A stretch of DNA of 64,000 nt from Octopus bimaculoides (Eukaryota): the NCBI RefSeq assembly GCF_001194135.2, contig NC_068981.1, positions 120,740,407 to 120,804,406 of the forward strand, given 5' to 3'. Positions 13,426-24,580 of this stretch are shown piece after piece. Position numbers and translations under genes: made by a program. Positions within the stretch are counted from its first letter, which is position 1; every line of letters starts with the position of its first letter. The notes under the pieces were generated by a model that saw only the letters and a list, made by a program, of their open reading frames with translations, searched no databases and was not told where the DNA came from.

Positions 13426-13570
13426 GTTATAATTCTTCTTCAACTTTGGCACAAGGCCAGGAGTTTTGAGGAGAGGGGCAGAGCAAATCAATTACATCTA
13501 CCACAGTGTTCACCTTGTACTTACTCTATTGACCCTAAAAGGATGAAAGGTAAAGTCAACATTGGCAGCT
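12040..13570 (-). mobile_element. Cluster of five tRNA-derived SINE family B copies (about 12040-12218, 12333-12550, 12938-13150, 13207-13390, 13435-13570)
   Basis: Each carries TTGACCC(C/T)GAAAGGATGAAAGGCAAAGT (reverse complement of a Meta-domain-like GCCTTTCATCCTTTCGGGGTCGATAAA); separated by (AAT)n runs. Confidence 0.85.
12566..12934. mobile_element. HINE/Helentron-like non-autonomous element
   Basis: Perfect terminal hairpin ACCTCTGCCTT-AGCG-AAGGCAGAGGT (12906-12931) plus a copy of the arm (ACCTCTGCC) near the other end at about 12589; sits in an AAT run. Confidence 0.55.
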
Positions 13571-14915
13571 GAAAGAAATGTCACAAAGCATTCTGTTTGG
13601 TGCAGTAAAGATTTGACAAGTAAATAATTCTATAGTGATAGAATTTACTTGTTCTCTTACCAAAGAACTTGTATTAGCAGCCAAATATCCCTAAGGTCAC
13701 AATGAAGGAAGGACACATTGGATACCATGGTCTCGGATGCAGCATAACTAAATAAAAGATGGGATGGTCACAACTGGTATGCTCTTGATTTTAGGTTCAG
13801 TAAGGGCTAATCTGGTGTGTGGAAGCTTGGGTTAATCAACCACCAGTATCACAACAGCAGTAGTAGCAGCAAGGAGGAAGGAGCTTGTTACAAATATAGA
13901 TCTATCATGAAGTAACAACAGTGGCACTAAAAAAAAAAAAAAAAAAATTACTTGGAAGCAAGCAAATGGAAACTGATTATTGCAATAAGGAAACACTAAG
14001 AAAATTTAAAAAAAAAACCAAAAGACAAAAAAAAATCCTATATAATGTAACAATATAGTACAAACTGGAAACTAATTACACCAAAGAGGAGAAAGATGCG
14101 GATAAGAATAAAACAACAAAAATTTAAAACNNNNNNNNNNNNNNNNNNNNNNNNNNNNNNNNNNNNNNNNNNNNNNNNNNNNNNNNNNTAAAAAAAAAAA
14201 AAAAAAAAAAAAATGAAATAAAAAGCAATAGAAAGAAAATCCTTTCCATGGTCAATATCCTGCAAACCTCAACAGAAAGGAAGTGAGTCAGTATGAAAGC
14301 TAACAATGGCTCAAAAGCTCTGTACTAAAGGCAGAAATGGAAGGTTGGCTTTTAACTGCATAAGATCAATGCCTTTCCATGAAATATTACAAAAAATATA
14401 ATAATGAAGCTAGAAACTAACATCAATTGCCGGTTATACAATCAGCACAAATCAACAGTTGACTAGAATAATATATATGTGTTTGTTTGTTTGTGTATGT
14501 GTGTGTAATTATTTAGGTTCATACTTGGTCATGTATGCATGCAATGTCCATTAGGCAATATGCCAGCATTTTGACACAAAATCTGAGAATATGTGGTATA
14601 GACATTCACCAAGTAAGGAGTGAGGTATGTGGTAATGACCTTGTCTTTGATAATCTGAGGGGGTCATCTGTTCAGACTAATATTAATAAGGGGAACAAAT
14701 GACCCAAATATCATAACCAAATATATGGATTGAAAAATCTATGTACTCTGATTGACATCTTGATTTCTTTCAACTAAAACGTTACACACACACACACACA
14801 CAAAATTTAAAACACCTGTTTTTGCCCCTCGTTTACACTTCCATCTCTATACTTTAACCTCTCATCACTTGACATAGAGCTACCTCCATTTAGTACTATT
14901 TTCCACCTCGTTTAA

Positions 14916-15130
14916 CGCTTTAGTAATCAGATTATTCTGTCAAATGTAATGTTTGTTTGTTTATATTGTTTTGAATTAATCATGTGTTATCATGTGTTTA
15001 GAGATATTGATGGGTGTGATTGTTTAGTTTTAGAATGACATTGTTGGGTTGTGGTTAGAGGCCAGATCTGGCCATTTTCAACATAGGCTAAATATTTCAA
15101 CCTGATATGGCTGGTTTGAATGCTAAAGGG
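14916..15130. mobile_element. piggyBac-like MITE (family P1)
   Basis: TTAA flanks on both sides; ends CGCTTTAG / CTAAAGGG; related copies at 36282-36501 and 41354-41558. Confidence 0.7.
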
Positions 15131-15174
15131 TTAAGGGAGTCTTCTGTTTTTTTGTGAGTTACTTGGTGATTTTA

Positions 15175-15335
15175 CTCATGTTGGTGCCATGTCAAAAAAG
15201 CATCCTGTACACTCTTTTAAGTAGTTGGCATTAGGAAGGTCAACCAGCTGTAGGAACCATGCCATGCCAGCCCCTTGTTAAACTGACCAACCCATGCCAG
15301 TATGGAGAATGGATGTTAGATGATTATAATGATAA
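15175..15335 (+). mobile_element. RTE 3' UTR fragment
   Basis: GTTGGCATTAGGAAGG...CCCATGCCAGTATGGAGAATGGATGTTAGATGAT. Confidence 0.65.
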
Positions 15336-15551
15336 TGATTGTGGCAGTGGTGGTAGGGGTGGTGGTGGTACCTTGAGGTAAGTAAATGAGGAATATGAAT
15401 GTAAAAAATCTACATTTTTCTTTTTCATACCCAGAACACCAATTATTATAGGTAAACAAAAGCCATAGAAGGTTTTGTAACTTAACATTCCATCTATGTG
15501 CCAAAGTACATAGTCTGTACATAATATTATCAGTACAGTAGTACAACCCAC

Positions 15552-17756
15552 TGTTGTAAGGAATTAGTAATAATGGTACATCCCTCCCACATGATGAATA
15601 GAATAACCTAGTCACTATAAGTAAAGTGAAGTACGTGAAGTACCAGAGTATGTAGTAGGTGGTCAGAGATAGTCGTGTCTTTACTGGTTTTACTAAGTAT
15701 ACTGTATACTGACATGGGTGTTATAACAATCCAACATTTTAATGATTACAACAGAGGCAATGAGGATTTAAACAACTCATGAGGAATTGATAAACTCTAT
15801 GAGGAATTGATAACTCACGAGAAGTTAACAAACTCACAAAGTTTTGTTGTGTGAATTTTATGAAAAAAATTGTAAAAATTATGGAAAATTTGTTGGCTGG
15901 TTTGCTTGAGTTGCAAACAGAGCAACAACAACAATTACTATTATAGCAACAAATGCTGCAATTAAGTCATCAGGAAATTCATAAAAAGTGTTCTTGCCAG
16001 AAAAAAAGTGTTCTTGCGAACTCCATAAGAGTTCAAATACGAACCTGACGAAGGAATTACCTTCAAAGTGTACTACAGAAGATATATGAGCAAATCTTCA
16101 AGTATGTAAAAATTGGGATGACGCAATGAAAATGCACTTAAGATTGAGAAAACTGGAGGCAACAGAACATGAATGATACAGTAATTATGCACTCCCAAGA
16201 AAACCTTTGGACATTAACTGTAATGGCACAATATATTGTGCAAAATTTTCAGTCAAAAAAGCTTATCGTTCAACACATATTGAAGTGTCTGAACATAGAG
16301 AAAAACGACTAGGACTACGTTACATGATGGTAGAGTAAAGAGGGAATGTGAGAAGTTTAAGCTGGACAAATTAATACCAGATATGTTCAAATGTCTGATT
16401 TTTATACATGGACTTACTACCAAAAAGGACGCAGAAGTTAGAGCTAGAATAATCATGAAGCCAGAACAAAACCAGGATGTAACCCTACAGCAAGTGTCAG
16501 AAGAACATGAAAAGATAGTCAAATTAAGACACTACACAGAGGAAATTGAACATAAAGATTGTTTCCAAGTAAAGCAAGTGTGAAATAGTCAGAATAGAGA
16601 TAAAGTGTTTTGTAAAATACACAACAAAAATCAGGAAATAAACCCATGTTTTGCATGTGGAGGTATACACCTGAGGAAAAAATTTGTCCATTTAAAACAG
16701 CGGAGTGCTTTCATTGAGGAAATGTAGGACATATAAAGACGTGCTGTAGAATGAAGATGACAAAACGTCAGAACAAAGGAAAAAGAATAAATAGTATGTC
16801 ATTGGAAGAAATTGGTAATATAATGATGAGAAAATTCGTGAAGGTGAAAATCAGAAATACAAGTGTTAGAATGCAATTGGACATGGGTAGTGATATTACC
16901 ATTATAAACAAAAAAAAAACGTGGAAATATGTTGTAAGCCGAAATTAATTAAATCTAAAAAGGTAGCACATGGTGTGATGGGAAAAAGTTTATATTTTTT
17001 CAGTGAGTTTGCATGTAATGTAACATTACAAAGTCAAATGGAAAAGGCAAAGCTATGTGTTAAAAAGTTCACTTAATTTATTTGGCACACAGTAGATGGA
17101 CCTATTCAAAGTTTGGAATACACCCATAGCACACCCAGTTGAAGGTTCAAATGCAGCTGAGGGACTGAAATAAAAAAACTGTAGTAAAACGGAGTGGAAC
17201 ACCTGTATATAAGCCAAAACCAAATGAAAAATTGCCCACGATAAAAAGTAAGCATTGTTCAAAAGTAGATGTTCCTTAGTCAAGGCTACACATCGGTTTC
17301 TCTGGTCCTTTAAATGGTTATTATTACTTAGTGGTAGTTGATAGTTTTTTTAAAATGGCCTGGAATTGGCAAATGTAAAAAACCAACCTCCTCAACTGTG
17401 AAAAATTTTTTATATGAATTTTTGCAAGGTTTGGCATCTCAGACAAGATAGTGTCTGACAATGGAATGCAATTTATGTCTAGCAAATTTTTAAAAATTTG
17501 TGAAACATTCAAGGTAGAACATATAACTATGGCACCATACCATCCCAAATCTAATGGACAGGCAAAATGCTTTGTCGATACCTTCAAAAGAACCCTTAGA
17601 AAATTGAATAAGGAAGTCAAGGATGAGGTAGCTCTACAACAATTTTCAAGCGTGTACTGTGTGACACAAATCCAAATGCACCAGCAGATAGCTCACCAGC
17701 AGAGCTGATGTTTGCAAGGAAAGTAAAATCAGTCTTTGATAAACCCCTACCTGGCA
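15552..17756 (+). mobile_element. Ty3/Gypsy LTR retrotransposon relic (gag, protease, integrase; RT/RNaseH deleted)
   Basis: Gag FKCLIFIHGL..DAEVRARI (16383); CCHC knuckle CFACGGIH..CFH.GNVGH (about 16645-16750); protease LDMGSDITII (about 16875); integrase LHIGFSGPLNG..LVVVDS..VSDNG.QF..YHPKSNGQA (17295-17700). Possible TG..CA 5' LTR 15552-15753 is low confidence. Confidence 0.85.
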
Positions 17757-17965
17757 AGTACAATGGCTAACTTTTGGATAGATACTTCTCCTGCAGCTTT
17801 GTCACTGGGAAGGTGGCATCTGTGGTATTCTTCCCAGGCATAAAACCAAATTGCACCTCATCTAGTTTAATTCTCTCTGTAACTTTCATGACCTGTTCCA
17901 GTACTTTGGTACTTCTGTAGTTGTTTCTGCCTAAGGCATCACCTTTACCCTTGTAGTAACTAACT
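17754..17965 (-). mobile_element. RTE LINE reverse transcriptase fragment
   Basis: YKGKGDALGRNNYRS.KVLEQVMKV..QFGFMPGKNTTDATF..LQEKYLSK. Confidence 0.8.
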
Positions 17966-17979
17966 ATAATACTACTATA

Positions 17980-19172
17980 CACACACACACTCTCTCTCTC
18001 TCTCTCTCTCTCTCTCAGTAAATAGACACTCTTATAATCATTAAAATTTATTTAAATCTGAAATTATAAATTCAAATTATTTATTAATTGTTATAATGTG
18101 AATATTTAATATTTAGTAAACATACTCTTTGCATTTTTCAATGCAAGTACCCTATTAGGCATATTATTGATCAGATGATGAATATCCTCTTGTGGAATTT
18201 GTTGCCAAGTTTCATGCAGTAATCTCAAAAGATCTGACTTTGGAGATGCTTTCTTGTTCTTTTTATGAAGTATCCAGTCTATTATATCCCAAAGGTGTTC
18301 AATAGGGTTCATATGTGGTGACTGGCTTGGCCATGGAAGTTTTTTAATGTCATTCTCATCCAACAAATCTTGGATCATTTTAGCCATGTGACAAGCCCCA
18401 TCTTCCATAAGTAGTCTTCTTTAATCATTTTATTACTGGACACATATTTTATCTGAGTTTGTTTCTCTCACACTCCACCAGCTTTGATCAACCATTGCTC
18501 CAAATTGCTCCCCACACCATTACAGAACAGCTACTGTTTCATTGTTGGCTGCAATCTTTTCACATCAAATTCTTGATCACAGAGTCTCCAGACTCACACT
18601 TGGTCACTATCAGGAAATACAACAAATCTGGACTCATAAGAAAATATGACAGTGTCCCAAAATGCTAGTGGCCTCTCCACCATCTCACTGGCCCAATCTT
18701 TTCTCTGCTTGATGTTGGCTAGTTGAAAAAGTGGCTTCCTTCTTGCTGCTCTGCCATAGTAACCAAGTTTGTGGAGATACCTCACAGCTGTTCTGGGACT
18801 GACATCAACTTTTTCTGCTATGTCAGAGGCCTTGCAATGAGGATTATCCTTCACACTTAGCAAAGAGAAGGGTCCTGTCAGAGGGCCCTGGTTGATTTCG
18901 GTAAGGTGATGTGGACTCCTTGCCCTCTCTGGTGAATTGCACAATCACTCTATTAATTGTAGAAAGTGGTATCCCAAGGTTTTCTGCGATTTTACACTGA
19001 CTGTCCACCTTCAGAATGACCTACAATATGGTCTCTTTGAAATTCAGACAGTTCTAAGGCTTTTTTTTTCACATGGCATAATTAAACAGTCACATATAGA
19101 ACATAAAAATGTCAATTAATGAAAAATATAAACCTTTACAAGTTAGAATAAACACAAAACATTTTACGGGTG
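17980..19172 (-). mobile_element. Tc1-family DNA transposon with near-full-length frameshifted transposase (about 18106-19079)
   Basis: N-terminal [24 protein letters not shown]; ARRKP; FS(Y)ESRF; MVWGAI; EDGACH; WPSQSPHMNPIEHLW; ends TKY*. Boundaries rest on weak TIR similarity TA-CACCCGTAAAAT vs TA-CAC..TCAGTAAAT. Confidence 0.88.
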
Positions 19173-19469
19173 TATATTTCCTTCTGTCATGTCTATGTGT
19201 ATATATTTACTATTCTTAAACAAGAATGTTGTTAAAAGTGACATCATAGTTTCACTCAGCTAAGCCATCATCAGACTGCAGTCCGATGATAGCTGAACTG
19301 GCCAAAACTTCAAAGTCACTGTAAACTATATTCCTGTTCAAGAATAAGAAATTTGTACTCTATAAAAATAACTCATCAGATTAATGTAAAATTGTTTTTA
19401 ATATCATTGAACATAAAAACAAACAAAATACACACACACACACACACAATGTATATATTTGTATATGAT

Positions 19470-19528
<59 letters not shown>

Positions 19529-19564
19529 GACAATGATGTATATATTTGTATATGATATTTATAC

Positions 19565-19617
<53 letters not shown>

Positions 19618-19623
<6 letters not shown>

Positions 19624-19833
19624 TGTGTTGTAAAGTTCCTGGATTTAAGGGTATTGTGAAAGGCCTGGTAGAAGGCCCAACCTTCTGAGTTCTATTACAA
19701 GGCTTAGAGAAACTGAAGTATTGTTGCAAGAAATATGTGAATCTGAGAAGGGAATTATGTTGAATAAAATCACAATTAACTGATCCTCCTGTATTTTCTT
19801 TTACCCAAAGTCAGGATCTTTTCAGCACCCACT
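19618..19833. mobile_element. Mariner-derived MITE
   Basis: TIRs CGAGGGTGTGTTGTAAAGTTCCTGG / TCAGGATCTTTTCAGCACCC; interior resembles a mariner transposase C-terminus. Confidence 0.65.
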
Positions 19834-19904
19834 ATATGTGTGTGTATGTATATATATATATGTCTATTTGTTTGTGTGTGTGTGTGTGTGCTTTTGTATA
19901 CCCT

Positions 19905-20125
19905 TGTCTTGATGTTGTGATGATTGTAAATGAGCATCACCATCATACAAGTGATGTTTCATTCTAGTTTTCTACGAAAAACGTGTATGGCTAGGCTAAA
20001 ATATTGCCTTGCTTGAAAACAGGTGAGGGTTTGGTGGCAGGAAGAGCATCCATCCATAGAAAATGTGCTTGTGACAAATTCTGTCTGATCCATGCTGGCA
20101 TGGGAAAGTGGACGTTTAGATGATG
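19905..20125 (+). mobile_element. SINE-like family C with RTE-type tail
   Basis: GAAAACAGGTGAGGGTTTGGTGGCAGGAAGAGCATCC...CCATGCTGGCATGGGAAAGTGGACGTTTAGATGATG. Confidence 0.6.
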
Positions 20126-20189
20126 CGGATGATGCATACTCCACCCCGAAACTTGGTATCTGTACAAATATCTGTCACTACAGATCTGC

Positions 20190-20690
20190 CTACATAGAGA
20201 CAGGGGGAGAGAGGGGGAGACAAGTAAAAGAAGTGAGACAAAGAGGAGGGGATAAAAGGTATGGTGAAGTGAAGAGGGGGGGATAGGGAGATAGAGGGAC
20301 AGAGAGAGAGGGACAGAAAGGGAGTCGGATAGGGAGTGAGAGAGAAAGGGAGTGGGAGAGTGAGAGAGAGAAGACTAAAGAAGTGATACAGAGGAGGGGA
20401 TAGAAAGTATGGTGTAGTAAAGCAGTAGAGAGAGAGAGAGATAGAGAGAGAGTGAGGTTAGAGGGAGAATTGAAATAGAAGAAATGAGAAACAGAGACAA
20501 GGAGGAAGGGCAGTTGATATAATGAAAGAGATAGTAAGGAAGATAGTGAGAGAGGTGGAGAGACAGACCAGCAGTTAAACTAAGAGAGCTAGACAAATAA
20601 ATAGATAAAATAGATGGATAGAAAGATAGATAAATAGAGAGATAGAGTGACATGGAGAGAAATAGATTATTGGGCAGTGACAGAGATAGA
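20190..20690. repeat. Degenerate (GA)n/(GATA)n polypurine tract
   Basis: About 500 bp of strongly purine-biased AG-rich sequence. Confidence 0.75.
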
Positions 20691-21031
20691 GAGCATGGCT
20701 AATTTCCTACACAACCAATCATCAAAAACTGGACACCTTAAGAACTCTGCATCCCCGCAACATTCTTTACTTTACACACTTCCACTGGAAATCTTCCAGA
20801 AACTCTGAAAGTCACAAGATCTCCACACATGATCAATATAGTTTTATCAATAACAATGATTATTTTGAATGCTGTCTTACTTCACTCTGTTTACCATATA
20901 CGCACTTGCAAGTCATATAACGTATGTATGCATACATTATAGGGACATATACATACATGCATACATACATATATATACATATATATATGTATATATAATT
21001 ATGTATTTATGTATACATATGTATGTGTGTG

Positions 21032-21067
<36 letters not shown>

Positions 21068-21079
21068 CGAATGTGTATA

Positions 21080-21395
21080 TCATCATCATCATCATCATCA
21101 TCATCATCGTTTAACGTCTGCCTTCCATGCTAGCATGGGTTGGACGATTTGACTGAGGACTGGTGAAACCGGATGGCAACACCAGGCTCCAATCTAATTT
21201 GGCAGAGTTTTTACAGCTGGATGCCCTTCCTAACGCCAACCACTCAGAGTGTAGTGGGTGCTTTTACGTGTCACCCACACGAAAACGGCCACGCTTGAAA
21301 TGGTGTCTTTTATGTGCCACCCGCACAAGAGCCAGTCCAGGGGCACTGGCAACAATCTCGCTCGAAAACCCTACAAAGGCCAGTCAGGCGGTATA
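21080..21395 (-). mobile_element. RTE LINE 3' end, young subfamily
   Basis: (CAT)n tail then GTTTAACGTC...GGATGCCCTTCCTAACGCCAACCACTCAGAG; nearly identical to 56557 and 63806 copies. Confidence 0.9.
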
Positions 21396-21887
21396 TATNN
21401 NNNNNNNNNNNNNNNNNNNNNNNNNNNNNNNNNNNNNNNNNNNNNNNNNNNNNNNNNNNNNNNNNNNNNNNNNNNNNNNNNNNNNNNNNNNNNNNNNNNN
21501 NNNNNNNNNNNNNNNNNNNNNNNNNNNNNNNNNNNNNNNNNNNNNNNNNNNNNNNNNNNNNNNNNNNNNNNNNNNNNNNNNNNNNNNNNNNNNNNNNNNN
21601 NNNNNNNNNNNNNNNNNNNNNNNNNNNNNNNNNNNNNNNNNNNNNNNNNNNNNNNNNNNNNNNNNNNNNNNNNNNNNNNNNNNNNNNNNNNNNNNNNNNN
21701 NNNNNNNNNNNNNNNNNNNNNNNNNNNNNNNNNNNNNNNNNNNNNNNNNNNNNNNNNNNNNNNNNNNNNNNNNNNNNNNNNNNNNNNNNNNNNNNNNNNN
21801 NNNNNNNNNNAAAAATAACAACAGACGAGGACAGGTGGTGTAAATAACAAAAGTATATATTAGTATGACGCTCGGGAATACGGAAAG

Positions 21888-21924
21888 TCTTTGACGTTTC
21901 GAGCTACGCTCTTCAACAGAAAGA
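21888..21924 (-). ncRNA. Minimal type I hammerhead ribozyme-like motif (atypical core)
   Basis: Minus strand UCUUU CUGUUGA A GAGC-GUA-GCUC GAA AC GU C AAAGA: stem I 5 bp, stem II 4 bp, palindromic loopless stem III; conserved A6 replaced by U. Confidence 0.6.
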
Positions 21925-21985
21925 ATACGGAGACAAGGAGAAAAACACGGAGAAAAAAAATTGAATAGTGTTCAGTCAACGGTCA

Positions 21986-22024
<39 letters not shown>

Positions 22025-22065
22025 GTATATATAATCATGTATGTATATGTACTTATGTATATGTT

Positions 22066-22110
<45 letters not shown>

Positions 22111-22281
22111 ATATGTATATATGTATACGTGTATATGTATATGTATATATATATAGATAGATATATGTATATATATGTGTGTATATATATATGGGAGAGT
22201 TTACGAAAAAAACAACAGACGAGGACAGGTGGTGTAAACAACAAAAGGATGTATTAGTTTAATGCTTGGGAATAGAGAAAG

Positions 22282-22318
22282 TCTTTAACGTTTCAAGCTA
22301 TGCTCTTCAACAGAAAGA
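22282..22318 (-). ncRNA. Second copy of the atypical minimal hammerhead motif
   Basis: UCUUU CUGUUGA A GAGC-AUA-GCUU GAA AC GU U AAAGA, 394 bp from the first copy. Confidence 0.55.
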
Positions 22319-22421
22319 ATACGGAGAAAACAAGGAGAAAAACACGGAGAAAAAAAATTGAATGTTTTGGTCAGCGATCTATCATGGCGACTGCCGGACA
22401 TATATGTATATATATATGTAT

Positions 22422-22457
<36 letters not shown>

Positions 22458-22654
22458 GTATATATATATGTATATATATATATATGTGTGTATATATATG
22501 TGTATATATATGTGTATATATATATATATATGTATATATATATGTATATATATATGTGTATATATATATATATGTGTATATATATATGTATATATATATG
22601 TATATAAATATGTGTATATATATATGTGTGTATATATATATATATATGTATATA

Positions 22655-23739
22655 CAGGGTGCAATGGATAAATTGTGGCCATTTTATGTTTTTAGTTTTG
22701 CGCATACACATTGTTCTTGAGTTTATCAACTACGCAGTATAGTAGGGTCAGTTGGGCACTGGCTGTGAGGAAAACAGCACCATGACACAATTCACTCTGC
22801 CAGAAATTTGGAAACGACATGCTGTTTGGGTGTTTGGGTGAGGGCAATGCAAAGAGTTGAATGAGTCTTATGGTAATTACAAAGGTATGGCAGCTCGGAA
22901 ATCTCACTCTGATCGTTCTGATAAGAAAAGAACTCCTGAATTTGCTGGTGAGATTCAGGCCATGATTGACAACAATCTCTTCAAGTCAATCATGTCCATT
23001 GCTTATGGAGTGTCTGATTTTCTTATCAGGCAAACAGTGCATGAAAACATTCACTATACTTCATACAAGATGAGAATGGGTCAGTTTTTATCCCAAGCTA
23101 TCAAGGACAAGAGGAATGAACATGTTACAAAGCTTTTGAACAAACTCAAGCATCTCCTCCAACTGAACATCCTTTGGTTTTTCTCAGATGAGAAAAATTT
23201 CAGCCAAGATCAGATGGCTGAGAGTGATAAAAATCAAACATCCAGTCAAAATCATTGTGTTTGGAGTGTGATCACTAGTGATGGCACTGTTATGCCTCCA
23301 TTCATCTTCCCACATGGCCTCAGACTCAACACAGAGCCTATATCAATTGCCTGGAAGAGGTAGTGCTGCCCTGGATCAAGAGGGTGGCTGCCTGAAGACC
23401 CTATGTCTGGCAACAGTACTCAGCATCATGCCACACAGGCAGGAGAACTCTGTCATGGGTGTCAGACAATTTCTGTGACCACATCACCCCAAACATCTGG
23501 CCATCTAAATTCCTTGTAACACCAAAGTTGAACTGAAGGAAAGGATTATGGTAGCATTCACCAAACTTAAGGTGACCCTCCTGAAGCTAATGGTGATTGA
23601 CAATTTTATTGAATAAATTTACTCTTTAGTATTTCAAGATATTTTTATGTAATTTTGGTAAATATATCTGTCAAAAAGAGATGTCAGTGTTTTTTTCATT
23701 TTTGTGTAATTTAGGCGATAATTTATTCACTGCACCCTG
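22655..23739 (+). mobile_element. maT/DD37D-like Tc1/mariner element, internally deleted, both TIRs intact
   Basis: TA|CAGGGTGCAATGGATAAATTGT ... ATAATTTATTCACTGCACCCTG|TA; ORF WFFSDEKNF..VITSDG.VMPPFIFPHGLRLNTE; downstream WQQ(Y)SASCHT..NFCDHITPNIWP. Confidence 0.88.
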
Positions 23740-23754
23740 TATATTATTTTATTC

Positions 23755-24548
23755 ATTTATTCTTTTACCTGTTTCAATCATTAGACTGTGGCCCTGCAGG
23801 AGCACCACCTTGAAGAATTTTCATTTGAATGAATCAATCCCAGTACTTTTATGGATTTATTTACGTTTTTAAAGCTTGGTACTTATTTTATTTGGCTCTT
23901 TTGCTGAACCGGAGATGTAAACACACCAACACTGGTTGTCAAGCGGTGGTGGAGGACAAACACCCCCACATACACTCACCTATACATACATACATACACA
24001 CATACATACACACATACATGCATACATACATACATACATGATAGGTTTCTTTCAGTTTCTGTCTACTAAATCCACTCACAAGGCTTTGGTTGGCTCAAAG
24101 CTATAGAAGATGACACTTGCCTAAGGTGCCACAAATTGGGATCGAACTCAGAACCTTGTAGTTGGGAAGCAAGCTTCTTTCCACACAGCCACTCCTGCAC
24201 CTATGTATGTATGTGTGTGTGTGTATGTGTTCTTTTATTCTCTTATTCTTTTATTTGTTTCAGTCATTTGACTGTGGCCATGCTGGTGTGCTGCCTTTAG
24301 TCAATCAAATCGATCCCCAGGACTTCTTTGTAAGCCTAGTACTTATTCTATTGGTCACTTTTGCCGAACTGCTAAGTTACAAGGTTGTAAACACACCAAC
24401 ATTGGGCTTCTTTCTATTTCCATCTACTAAATCCACTCACAAGGCTTTAGTCGGTCTGAAGCCATAGTAGAAGACACTTGCCCAAGTGGGACTGAATCCG
24501 GAACCATGTGGTTGGGAAGCAGGCTTCTTACCACTCAGCCACTCCTGC

Positions 24549-24553
<5 letters not shown>
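23755..24553 (-). mobile_element. Two adjacent SINE family A copies (23755-24203, 24240-24553)
   Basis: Head and tail motifs repeated twice in reverse orientation; a third tail fragment at about 24610-24660. Confidence 0.85.

Positions 24554-24580
<27 letters not shown>

Noticed and set aside
15758-15840. Four direct repeats of about 19 bp, considered as a CRISPR-like array
   Set aside because: No unique spacers, animal context, and located at the Gypsy leader/gag start
19300-19323. TACAGTG motif as the Tc1 left terminus
   Set aside because: No matching inverted copy near 18000; the 19172 boundary matches better
20700-20860. Possible L2/CR1 3' coding remnant (FFTLHTS..LPETLK)
   Set aside because: Too short and degenerate to support
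22300-22729. ORFs made of YIYI/CVCV/HTHT repeats here and throughout the window
   Set aside because: Dinucleotide repeats lack stop codons in most frames; no coding signal
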